Position numbers and translations under genes: made by a program. From NCBI GenBank assembly GCA_965238005.1, contig OZ250165.1:4608001-4672000 (forward strand): 64,000 bases of DNA. The letters run 5' to 3'. The notes beneath the pieces are model-generated. The model was not told the DNA's origin. It saw only the letters and a program-made list of their open reading frames with translations, and did no database searches. This document shows positions 8,865 through 17,767 of this stretch, in pieces. Source of the DNA: Longimicrobiales bacterium. Its GTDB lineage: Bacteria > Gemmatimonadota > Gemmatimonadetes > Longimicrobiales > Gaopeijiaceae. The stretch's first letter is position 1. Each line of letters begins with the position of its first letter.

Positions 8865-10974
8865 GTTCCCCCCCCTCCTCGAATCTGCTCGTCACAGCGC
8901 GAGAAAGCCAGTTCGACACGGCGGTCTCGGCCAACAACAGGACCAGCGCCCCGATGAGTAGGAACCGCCAGAGAGACTGCCGGCGTTCGTGATCCTGCGC
9001 CCTGACTTCACTGGGTACCAGGCCTGCGGCCCCCGCTTCGGTATCCGCCTCTCTCGGGGACACCGAAGCGGCCAGCTCCGTTGGATCCATCGCCGCGAGC
9101 TCGGACTCTGCCGCTTCCACGTTCACGGCTACGGTGAACGGCCTGGCCGGATCGCTGCCGGGGTGCCGAACCTCATAGAAGCCCTGTTCGTCGAGGGCGA
9201 GGAACCGTGGTGTCTCCCCTGGAGGCAGCGAAACGCTGCCGCCCCCGGGTGTCAGCGCGACCTGCTCCTCGTCCAGTGAAAGCTCCTCCTCCATCCCTGT
9301 GGCGAACGCCGCTCCCTCCGGATCCGAAAGGTCGAGAACCTGACCGGCCGTGAACCATGGCACGCGCTCCCGGTGACCCCCGAGGTACCGCACGAGCTGA
9401 TGCATGAATGGCAGAAAGACCGGCTGAACCGCCAGATCGTTCCAAAACGCGTCCAGGGTGCTGGCCCACACTAGCACACGTCCCTCGCCCAGCCGGCGCT
9501 CCGCCAGGGCCGCCGACCCATCGTCGAAGCGGGCCAGAACCTGATCTTGAGGCCCCACCGTGATGCTGCGTGAGCGGAAGAAGCGCGCCCGGGCGAAGTC
9601 TCCACTTCTGGGGCCAGAGAACACCTCGAAGACCGGGTGGGTGTAGTCCAGGAACCCCAGCCGGACGACACCGCGAATGTGATCCGTGGCCACTCCGAAC
9701 TGGCCGGGGAGCAGCTCCTCCATCCCGGCCTGCCAGGTGCTGCGCTCCCCGAGCACGACCAGGAGGCCTCCACCGGCCTCCACGAATCTCCGTAGCCGGT
9801 CCGACGTCGCCCCTTGCGGGAGGCGGATGTCGTTCAGGACCACGACGGCGGCCGCGTCCAGATCGGCGGTGCCGATGTTCGGAGAGCGTCGGACGTCGAC
9901 CTGAAACGCGGCTTCCTCACTGATCTCCAGAGCACGCTGCATATAGAGGCTGGCCTCGGAGCGTGCCCCCGTGCCCTCCAGGATGACGGTGCGCAGAGCC
10001 CGTCCAGGGGAGAGTACGAAGTGGAGCTCGTTGTCCTGCCGGAGCTCGTCGGGTCCGAGCCGGACGGTCCCACGGGTATAGGGTTCCGAGAGGGTGAACG
10101 GGTCGAATGTGACGGTGGCCGACCCCGTCGGATCCAAACGGATGCTCCGGCTCTGAACCTCCTGACCGTCGATCTCCAGGACGATGGGCATTTCGACGGC
10201 GTCGGCACCCTGACGCCGGGTCACGCGAGCGGTGGTTGTCATGCGCTCATGGCCCGAGAAGAAGTCTCGTCGAAGCGTGACTGACGCCACGGTGGCGTTG
10301 GGAGTCTCCGCGTCGGAGATCTGGTGCGTGGTGACCACGGTCCCACGCGGGAAGCGCACACCTTTGTCCCCGGACCATCCGGAGCGCTGGAAGTCGCTGA
10401 TGATGGCGACCTCCCGGTTCGGTAGCTCGGACTCCTCCAGAATGGTCTGGGCGAGCTTCAGGCCGGGCCCGAACCGAGTGCGGTAGGCGCTCACGCTCGC
10501 CGTGTCCACGGCGGTGAGAAGCCGCTGCCGATCCGAGCTCGACCGGACCACCGCCGCCGCGCCCTGTCCTAGAAGTACCAGGCTGACACGGTCCGATGCA
10601 TTGAGGCCCGAACCGAGTCGCCGGGCCTCGCTCGTGGCCCTCTCCCAACGATCGCCGTACCCCATGGAGTACGAGTGGTCCAGCACGATCACCACCTCCC
10701 GAGGACCGAGGGTAGAGCCCACCGCGAGCTCGGCGTTCTGGAAGAACGGGCGAGCGAAGGCCGCGACTAGGAGGGCGAGGGCCAGGGATCGGATGAGGAG
10801 CAGGATCCAGTGATGGATCTTCCTTCTCTGGACCGAGCGGTAGGGGATCTTCCGGAGGAACATGAGCGAGGGGAACTCGACCACGTTCCGGCGCTGTCTC
10901 TCGGTGAGATGCACCAGGACGGGGATCGCCAACCCGGCCAGGCCGAGAAGGAAGAGGGGGGCGAGCCATCCCAT
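8845..10974 (-). CDS. BatA-domain / vWA protein with GATase-like domain
   Basis: N-terminal PLFLLGLAGLAIPVLVHL..FPSLMFL (BatA), MIDAS motif DHSYSM, ISDFQ, and a C-terminal TM. Confidence 0.88.
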   Translation of the reverse strand: MGWLAPLFLLGLAGLAIPVLVHLTERQRRNVVEFPSLMFLRKIPYRSVQRRKIHHWILLLIRSLALALLVAAFARPFFQNAELAVGSTLGPREVVIVLDHSYSMGYGDRWERATSEARRLGSGLNASDRVSLVLLGQGAAAVVRSSSDRQRLLTAVDTASVSAYRTRFGPGLKLAQTILEESELPNREVAIISDFQRSGWSGDKGVRFPRGTVVTTHQISDAETPNATVASVTLRRDFFSGHERMTTTARVTRRQGADAVEMPIVLEIDGQEVQSRSIRLDPTGSATVTFDPFTLSEPYTRGTVRLGPDELRQDNELHFVLSPGRALRTVILEGTGARSEASLYMQRALEISEEAAFQVDVRRSPNIGTADLDAAAVVVLNDIRLPQGATSDRLRRFVEAGGGLLVVLGERSTWQAGMEELLPGQFGVATDHIRGVVRLGFLDYTHPVFEVFSGPRSGDFARARFFRSRSITVGPQDQVLARFDDGSAALAERRLGEGRVLVWASTLDAFWNDLAVQPVFLPFMHQLVRYLGGHRERVPWFTAGQVLDLSDPEGAAFATGMEEELSLDEEQVALTPGGGSVSLPPGETPRFLALDEQGFYEVRHPGSDPARPFTVAVNVEAAESELAAMDPTELAASVSPREADTEAGAAGLVPSEVRAQDHERRQSLWRFLLIGALVLLLAETAVSNWLSRAVTSRFEEGGEHVPRKA

Positions 10975-11897
10975 CAGCGCACCCTGCTGAGCTTCTCGCG
11001 GCTCGACAGATAGCGGAAGAGCGCGTGGTCCAACGGCTTGGACGTGTCCAGAACCGTGTAGTCGATACGGCTGCCGGTGAAGAGACGCTCCAGCTCGCTG
11101 GTGTGCTCTCGGATCAGGTGGCGGTAATCCGCGGCGAGCTCATGGGGAACGACAGGGATCATCGCCTCGCTCTCGAGATCGCGGAAGCTGGCCGGACTCT
11201 TGTACGGGAAGTCGAGCTCGGCCGGGTCCAGCACATGGAAGACGATGACGTCGTGGCCTCTGGCCCGCAGGTGACGAACGGACTCAATGACCTCCTGGGC
11301 CTCTTCGTAGAAGTCCGAGACCAAGAGTATGATGCCGCGGTGTTTCAGGTTCTCTCCGACCTGCATCAACGGGTCCCGGAGGGTGCCGGGATGCCCAGGC
11401 ACGGAATTGGCCAAGGCGTGGAGGATGAGCTCGAGGTGCCGTGTCGATGGTGGCACCCAATCCACGACGTTGTTGTCGAAGGTGACGAGCCCGACCCGGT
11501 CCCGCTGCTTTTGGGAGAAATAGGCCAGGGCGGCACCCAGATAGCGGGCGTAGTCCAGCTTCGTGGCCGAATGCGTGCCGAAGCTCATGGACCTGGAGAC
11601 GTCCAGGATCACGACGAAGTTCGCGCTGGTCTCGGCCTCGAACTGCTTCACGTAGAAGCGGTCGGTGCGCGCGAAGAGGCGCCAGTCGATGCGCCGGATG
11701 TCGTCGCCCGGCATGTAGGCCCGGTGTTCGGCGAAGTCGAGGGACAGCCCCAGGTGGGGGGAGCGGTGCAGGCCGTGGAGGAAGCCGTCGACCACGGTAC
11801 GCGCCAACAGCCCCAGGTTGTCGATCCGGCCCAGAACGGCCGGATCGAGAAACTGGGCGCCGCTGGCCTGAAATCCCGAGCGAGCCCTGACCGCCAC
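10974..11897 (-). CDS. DUF58 family protein (MoxR-associated vWA)
   Basis: GLHRSPHLGLSLDFAEHRAYMPGDDIRRIDW and DVSRSM; GTG start at 11897. Confidence 0.93.
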   Translation of the reverse strand: MAVRARSGFQASGAQFLDPAVLGRIDNLGLLARTVVDGFLHGLHRSPHLGLSLDFAEHRAYMPGDDIRRIDWRLFARTDRFYVKQFEAETSANFVVILDVSRSMSFGTHSATKLDYARYLGAALAYFSQKQRDRVGLVTFDNNVVDWVPPSTRHLELILHALANSVPGHPGTLRDPLMQVGENLKHRGIILLVSDFYEEAQEVIESVRHLRARGHDVIVFHVLDPAELDFPYKSPASFRDLESEAMIPVVPHELAADYRHLIREHTSELERLFTGSRIDYTVLDTSKPLDHALFRYLSSREKLSRVR

Positions 11898-11910
11898 GAA
11901 GCCCTCGCTC

Positions 11911-12981
11911 CTAGAGGCCCGAGCTGGGCACAGGAACGGCTTCCAGCAACTTGTCCACGAGCTCACCCCCTGTGACGCCCTCGGACTCGGCGTGGAAGTT
12001 CGTGAGGATGCGGTGCCGCATCACAGGATGTGCCAGGGCCCTGATGTCCTCGAAGCTCACGTTGTAGCGACCCTGGGTGATGGCGCGGGCCTTTGCCCCC
12101 AATGTCAGATACTGCGCGGCTCGGACACTGGCTCCGTAGGCGATCCAGCTATTGACGAAGTCGGGGGAGTCACCGTTGGGGCTCGGCCGGCTGGCCCGCA
12201 CGAGACTCACGGCGTAGCGGAGAGCCGCATCCGGCACGGGCACCTTCCTGACCAGGCGTTGGAAGGCCACCAGATCCGGGCCCGTGATCGCGTGGCTGAA
12301 TTTGGGTTCCTGGATCCCGGTGGTCGTACGCACCACGTCGAGCTCCTCCTCCTCGGAGAGATGGTCGATCACGATCTCGAACATGAAGCGGTCCAGCTGC
12401 GCCTCGGGGAGGGGATAGGTCCCCTCCAGCTCGATGGGATTCTGGGTCGCGAAAACGTAGAAGGGCTCTTCCAGCGTGTAGGTCTCGCCCTGGACCGTGA
12501 CCCGATGCTCCTGCATGGCCTCCAGCAGCGCCGATTGGGTCTTGGGTGGCGTCCGGTTGATCTCGTCCGCCAGGACGATGTTCGCGAAGATTGGACCCGG
12601 TGCGAAGACCATGCTTCGCCGGCCCGAGTCCGGGTCCTCCTGAATGATGTCAGTGCCTGTGATGTCGGACGGCATCAGGTCGGGGGTGAACTGGATCCTC
12701 GAGAACTTCAGGTCCAGAACCTCCGCCACAGTGTGTATGAGCAACGTCTTAGCCAGGCCGGGAACACCGATCAGGAGGCTGTTTCCGCCCACGAAGAGGG
12801 TGAGGAGCACCTGCTCGATGACCTCTTCCTGGCCGATGATGAGCTTGCGGATCTCCGAGAGGATCTGCACTCGCCCCGACTTCAGCCGGTCGGCGAGGTC
12901 GATGTCGTCCGGGCTCTCGAGGGGAAGGGCGTCCGACGCGCTTGCTGCATCGACGGCTTCCTTTTCTTCAATGAATGCCAT
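11911..12981 (-). CDS. moxR: MoxR family AAA+ ATPase
   Basis: GVPGLAKT Walker A, RIQFTPDLMPSD, LADEINR, ATQNPIE, LPEAQLDRF. Confidence 0.95.
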   Translation of the reverse strand: MAFIEEKEAVDAASASDALPLESPDDIDLADRLKSGRVQILSEIRKLIIGQEEVIEQVLLTLFVGGNSLLIGVPGLAKTLLIHTVAEVLDLKFSRIQFTPDLMPSDITGTDIIQEDPDSGRRSMVFAPGPIFANIVLADEINRTPPKTQSALLEAMQEHRVTVQGETYTLEEPFYVFATQNPIELEGTYPLPEAQLDRFMFEIVIDHLSEEEELDVVRTTTGIQEPKFSHAITGPDLVAFQRLVRKVPVPDAALRYAVSLVRASRPSPNGDSPDFVNSWIAYGASVRAAQYLTLGAKARAITQGRYNVSFEDIRALAHPVMRHRILTNFHAESEGVTGGELVDKLLEAVPVPSSGL

Positions 12982-13109
12982 TTGGCGCTCCGTTCAGGCC
13001 TTGGATGTTGCCCGGTGACCTTTCGTCACATTTGGTGGTTTACGTTGCCCGCCTCACGCTGCTTCCGCGGCAATGGCGGTATCACTTCTTTCCTGATGAT
13101 TGCCCGAGG

Positions 13110-13235
13110 AAATGGCGAAGAGAATTGCTTCTGGACTAGGCGGGCAAGGCGAGGCGACTGAGGCGTACTCATGTACGCCGCAAGGAGCCGAGACCGCAGC
13201 CCAACAACGTCCAGGGCCAATTCGGCAAGCCATTT
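13110..13235. mobile_element. 126-bp inverted-repeat (MITE/REP-like) element on the DUF4159 stop codon
   Basis: Both ends read AAATGGC-N5-GAATTG-N3-CTGGAC inward; central palindrome GGCGTAC-tcat-GTACGCC (13162-13179). Confidence 0.75.
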
Positions 13236-14070
13236 AGTGGGTCATGGCGTAGATCAAATAATTCACTCCCAACTTGTATGCCTCGTTGGAGAGGTCGATG
13301 GGGTACCAGCCGACGTCGGAGAACTCCCAGTACTCTCCGATGTCGTTGTTGTAGTTCGCGATCACCATCAGACGTTTCTCCGGATCATTGTCCTCGTGCA
13401 GCCCGAGGTACGCGGGCGGCCTCCTAGAAAAATAGGGGGGGAGGAGGGTCGCCAGCGACTCGATACGGAAAAAGGAGTCGAAGATCGCGTGGGACTCGTC
13501 GAGCTGCACGAACTGGGCACCAGGGATCACCTTCTTCATCTGGGCGTCGAAGTTGAACCAGTCGGGCCCGTCGAAATCGTCGGCGATCAGGAAGCCCCCC
13601 TTCATGAGGTAGTTCCTGAGACCCAGGATCTCCTCGTCCGACGGATACCAGAAGCCCGGCTCGGAGATGTACGCGAGCGGGAAACGGGTCAGCTCCGGGT
13701 CGTCGGTGTCGAAGACGTTGCCCCCGTCCATGTACGGCCGGATGAGCGTCGTTTCCCGAATGATGTTCATGAAGTTCCGCTCGGCCCTCGGGAAGTCGTG
13801 GGCCCAGGGCGCCTGGCCTCCACGTCTCCGGAAGCTCCTACTCGACAGCCCGGTGCCGAAGCGTATCCGAGCGAATGTGAAACGTCCGTCGTACGGCGTA
13901 TTGCTGCTCTGCACAGTAGCGGATGGCGCTGTCCGGTGCCCGCGGGGGGCCGTGGCGGGATCCGTGGTCACCACCACTACGTTGGCGCCGGGCCGAGCCA
14001 AGGCGAGGGCGCCCGCCAGGATCGCCACCGTGCCCACGGCGCCGAGGGCAAGCATGGCCGCTCGGCTCAC
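13234..14070 (-). CDS. DUF4159 domain protein
   Basis: FTFARIRF, WAHDFPRAERN, LRNYLMKGGFLIADDF, NNDIGEYWE, GVNYLIYAMTH; signal-like N-terminus. Confidence 0.9.
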   Translation of the reverse strand: MSRAAMLALGAVGTVAILAGALALARPGANVVVVTTDPATAPRGHRTAPSATVQSSNTPYDGRFTFARIRFGTGLSSRSFRRRGGQAPWAHDFPRAERNFMNIIRETTLIRPYMDGGNVFDTDDPELTRFPLAYISEPGFWYPSDEEILGLRNYLMKGGFLIADDFDGPDWFNFDAQMKKVIPGAQFVQLDESHAIFDSFFRIESLATLLPPYFSRRPPAYLGLHEDNDPEKRLMVIANYNNDIGEYWEFSDVGWYPIDLSNEAYKLGVNYLIYAMTH

Positions 14071-16769
14071 GACGTGCCTACGGCCCGAAGCTCCAGAAGG
14101 AAGTCCAGCGCCTCCTCATAGTTGGGTGCGATCTCCAGGGCCTGGAGCAGTACCCTGCGGGCCTCCCCTCGATGTCCACCGGCCAGATAGGCGCGGGCCA
14201 ACTGGTAGAATGCGGCGGCCCGGTCCGTGGGCTCGAGGGCGACGACGGCACGTCGCTCCCTCACCGCGCCGGAGGAGTCCCCGCGCTCGGCGTGGGCCTG
14301 GGCCAGGCGATCGTGGAGCTCGATCTCGTACGGGTAGATCAACACGGCCGCGTCCAAGGCGGCGGCGACTCCGTCGAGGTCTCCCAGCTCATCCAGCAGC
14401 TCCGCGTGCTGGAGGAACGCCTCGTAGTGGCTCTCGTTCAACGCCGTCAGGCGGGCGAGGGCCGCGGCGGCCAGCCCGGTCTCCCCTCGCTTGATGTGAA
14501 TCTGGGCCAGGAACCAGTACGGGCTGTCGTTGCCCCCGTACTCCGGAAAGAGACGCAGGGCAGAGCGCAGGTGGCCTTCGGCTTCGTCGAGCCGTTCCTC
14601 CTGGAAGAGGGCGACCCCTGCTGTGAGCCGGGCGCGGAAGTTGCCCGGGTTCTCCCGGGCCAGGCGGGTCAGATCTCCGATGGAGCTGGGCTGCGCTGGC
14701 ATGCCCGCGCTGGCCCCGGGAGTGGTCAGGGCGTTGAGGGCGCTCCCGTATCGGCGCTGAAAGTACTCGTCGAAGTCCTCGTCTAGATCCTCCATCTCGA
14801 TGCCCAGGAGGCGCTCCACCAACGCAGGCGTCGTCTCGCCGTCCCTGTAGGCGTTCAACATCTCAAGGATCGGCTGGAAGCCCCAACGGCTCTCAATGAG
14901 GTCGAAGACCAGGGATGCCTGCAGGTACGAATCCACGACTTGCTGGGGATACGAAGGCTGCACGAAGGCGGCGTTCAGCTGGCTCACCGGCAGCATGAGG
15001 CCCTCTTGGTATCTTCCCAGGAAGCCGGGCGACGGCTGGTGGCCCCAGCCCGGTCTGGCCTGTCGCTGCTCGTGGACGGCCAAGCCCTCGGAGAACCAAC
15101 GAGGGACTTCGTGCTCGCTGAGGCCCAGGTGGAATACGTGAGCCATCTCGTGCCACAGTACCGACGCCCAGTTGAACTCACCAAGAGGCTTGGCCGAGGG
15201 TGAGTCCATGGCCACGACGCTCCCAAAGGTCACGCCCAGGGCGCCGATGCCCGCCAGACCCACGGTGCGCACCGAGAAGTCGGCATGGCTCGGGAAGACC
15301 TCGATCCGGATCGGCAGGGCAGGCGTGTAGCCTCCATATCGCTCCGCGAGCGCCTCGAAGGCCTCTGAGGCGATCTGCTCGATGTAGGGCCTCAGGACCT
15401 CGGCCTCACGGTCGTGGAGCACGAACACGAAGCGGGGGTCATCATCCAGAACGGCGTAGTGCTCGAAGGTGTCCAGGAGGCTCAAGGTGTTGAAGAACCA
15501 CACGCTGTACGGATCCCCCTCGAACGCCGTCTCGAGGCTGGCCCGGCCTTCCTCGATCTGCCCGAGTCTCAGCTGGTTCATTCCCAGGATGCCGTGGGCT
15601 CTCCAGGACCTTGGGTCCAGGGCGATCGCCTCCGAAACGAGCTGGGCGGCTTCATGATACTTCCGGCTCTTTACGCTCAGTTCCGCGATGTCGTTGTAGA
15701 TGTCGGCGTAACCGGGGCTGAGCTCCCGAACCCGGTCGCGGACCCTCTCGTAGTCGCTCAGCTCACCACGCAGATAGTGGCTGGCAGCCAGAGCGCTCAG
15801 GGCCTCCAGCGAGACGGGGTTAACTGCCAGCGCGGCCTCGACTTCGGCGCGAGCCTCGTCGTGGTTCTCCACCTCGAGGTGTAGCCGGGCCTTGAAGACC
15901 CGGGCGGCCACCAGATTGGGATTGTGCTCCAGTGCCTCCTTCACCTGAGCCATGACTCCCACAATGCCGTTGAACTCCATGGCCCGCGCCATGCCCAGGA
16001 GCGCTCGGGGGTGCTTGGGGTTCCGTGACAGGACTTCCTTCAGGGACGTGTCGGCCTCGGTACCGTCATACTTCTCCAGAAACAGCTCCCCAACGAGAAT
16101 GCGGGGCTTCAGGTCCCCGGGATCTGCGGCGATCGCTTCGTCGTAGGCCCTGAGGGCGTCCTGGAAGAGCTCGTGGTCGGCGATGCCCAGGTAGCGGACG
16201 GCGGTGGCGATGGCCGTGAGCTCTCCCGCGGACAGCGAGGCCGCGTCGTTGTAGAGATCGATGAAGGAGTCGAACTCGGTCAGGGCGAGGTCGCGGTCCC
16301 CATAGGTCCACTCGAGGATCGCCCGGTTCAGCCGTGCCGTGTGGCGGTCGCGGGCCCCGCCCCGCCAGGCGTGCTCGAAGTGCTCCCGCGCCTCGTCGAC
16401 ACGGCCGACTTGGTAGAGGACTTCCCCGATCGAGTTGGCCAGCTCTAGGGACAGGGCCTCTGGCGCCTGGGCTGCGACTTCGAGCGCCTCGTCGTACCGG
16501 CCGACTTCGGCCAGGGCCCTCACGTAGCTCACATACGCGGCTAGCCGCGAATCGGCCGTGACGCCGGACGGAGCCGTCCCCCTCGGAGCCGCCAGCTCCC
16601 GGAGCGCTGGGATGGCCGTGTCGTATTCGCCGGATCGGAGCTGGCTCAGCGCCTGGTCGAGCGTCTGACCTCCGGCTTCTCCCCGGAAGGCGAGCTGAAG
16701 GAGGGCCGCTACGGCCAGGACGGCGGGCCGACACCGAAAGGCCCTGCGCACCATGAGTCCCACCCTCAT
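14067..16769 (-). CDS. Exported TPR protein with a central gluzincin (peptidase MA-like) domain
   Basis: TPR-like repeats flank HEMAH and VPRWFSEGLA; signal peptide. Confidence 0.85.
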   Translation of the reverse strand: MRVGLMVRRAFRCRPAVLAVAALLQLAFRGEAGGQTLDQALSQLRSGEYDTAIPALRELAAPRGTAPSGVTADSRLAAYVSYVRALAEVGRYDEALEVAAQAPEALSLELANSIGEVLYQVGRVDEAREHFEHAWRGGARDRHTARLNRAILEWTYGDRDLALTEFDSFIDLYNDAASLSAGELTAIATAVRYLGIADHELFQDALRAYDEAIAADPGDLKPRILVGELFLEKYDGTEADTSLKEVLSRNPKHPRALLGMARAMEFNGIVGVMAQVKEALEHNPNLVAARVFKARLHLEVENHDEARAEVEAALAVNPVSLEALSALAASHYLRGELSDYERVRDRVRELSPGYADIYNDIAELSVKSRKYHEAAQLVSEAIALDPRSWRAHGILGMNQLRLGQIEEGRASLETAFEGDPYSVWFFNTLSLLDTFEHYAVLDDDPRFVFVLHDREAEVLRPYIEQIASEAFEALAERYGGYTPALPIRIEVFPSHADFSVRTVGLAGIGALGVTFGSVVAMDSPSAKPLGEFNWASVLWHEMAHVFHLGLSEHEVPRWFSEGLAVHEQRQARPGWGHQPSPGFLGRYQEGLMLPVSQLNAAFVQPSYPQQVVDSYLQASLVFDLIESRWGFQPILEMLNAYRDGETTPALVERLLGIEMEDLDEDFDEYFQRRYGSALNALTTPGASAGMPAQPSSIGDLTRLARENPGNFRARLTAGVALFQEERLDEAEGHLRSALRLFPEYGGNDSPYWFLAQIHIKRGETGLAAAALARLTALNESHYEAFLQHAELLDELGDLDGVAAALDAAVLIYPYEIELHDRLAQAHAERGDSSGAVRERRAVVALEPTDRAAAFYQLARAYLAGGHRGEARRVLLQALEIAPNYEEALDFLLELRAVGTS

Positions 16770-17767
16770 GAGCCGCCGCCCTCCCGGGCCCGGATCTCGC
16801 GGTTCTTGAGCGCGAGCTCCACGAGGAGGTCCTCGAGGGTTGTCTCGTAGCGCTCCTCCTCCATCTGATCCTTGATGGCCCGGAGCTCCTCGAGGCGCTG
16901 CTCTAGCGCTGCCTTCTCCTCGTAGAGGCCCTTGAGGACCGGGTCGTCCGTGGACATGGCGGCCACCGCCATAGGGCTCGCCCCCAAGAAAAGCGTGCCC
17001 GCCAGCGCTCCGTCCAGGCCCTCCTCCAGGTCCGTGCTCCCCTCACCGTCACCGTTGTCGTCCAGAAGCGCATGCTCGGTGAGGATCCGGCCGTCGCTCT
17101 CGTACTCCCTGGCCACCTCGCTTCGGGCGAACTCGAAGGCCTCGGACAGTGACACGCGGCCATTCTTGTCCAGGTCGGCTCCGTCGCCCGTGAAGGCGTC
17201 GATGAAGTAGCCCCCGAACACCGACTCGTTGCGCTCCATGCCTGTCTTGGTGGCCGTGACGATGGCTCGGTCCGGGCCGGAGAGTGCGGTGACGAACCCG
17301 CCGCTGGCGCTCGTCACGTTAGCGAAGGAGACCCGCTGATCGGACAGCTGATCGAGCATGAGGGCGAAGTCCTCGGCGGTCAGGTCGGGTCCGGGGAGGT
17401 TGAAGCGCGACTCTCCGGCCGTGTAGCTGCCATGCCCGATGAGCAGGACGAATATGTGGTCGCCGGGCTCGGACTTGGACGCGATCTCGGCGAAGACCCG
17501 CTCCACGTCGGCCCGGCTGGAGCGGTCGGTGATCCGAGGATCGGCGTCCGGCTTCTCGCCCAGGTACACGATGTGGTCGCGGGGTACCCCGAACTTCTCC
17601 GTAGCTGCGTCCACAAAGGAGCCGCCCCACTCCAGGAAGCGCTTCCGGTACGCGTCGTCCCCGCCCAGCCCAGCGATCACGAGGACATGCGTCTCCTGTG
17701 CGGCGACCAAACCCGGCACGGTGACCCACACGAAGATCGCCACGACGGTGGAACGCAGCCACGTCAT
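16766..17767 (-). CDS. Exported caspase/C13-fold-like protein with C-terminal coiled coil
   Basis: LLIGHGS and VTSASGGF motifs; EF-hand-like DLDKNGRVSLSE; start MTWLRS overlaps the upstream stop. Confidence 0.7.
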   Translation of the reverse strand: MTWLRSTVVAIFVWVTVPGLVAAQETHVLVIAGLGGDDAYRKRFLEWGGSFVDAATEKFGVPRDHIVYLGEKPDADPRITDRSSRADVERVFAEIASKSEPGDHIFVLLIGHGSYTAGESRFNLPGPDLTAEDFALMLDQLSDQRVSFANVTSASGGFVTALSGPDRAIVTATKTGMERNESVFGGYFIDAFTGDGADLDKNGRVSLSEAFEFARSEVAREYESDGRILTEHALLDDNGDGEGSTDLEEGLDGALAGTLFLGASPMAVAAMSTDDPVLKGLYEEKAALEQRLEELRAIKDQMEEERYETTLEDLLVELALKNREIRAREGGGS

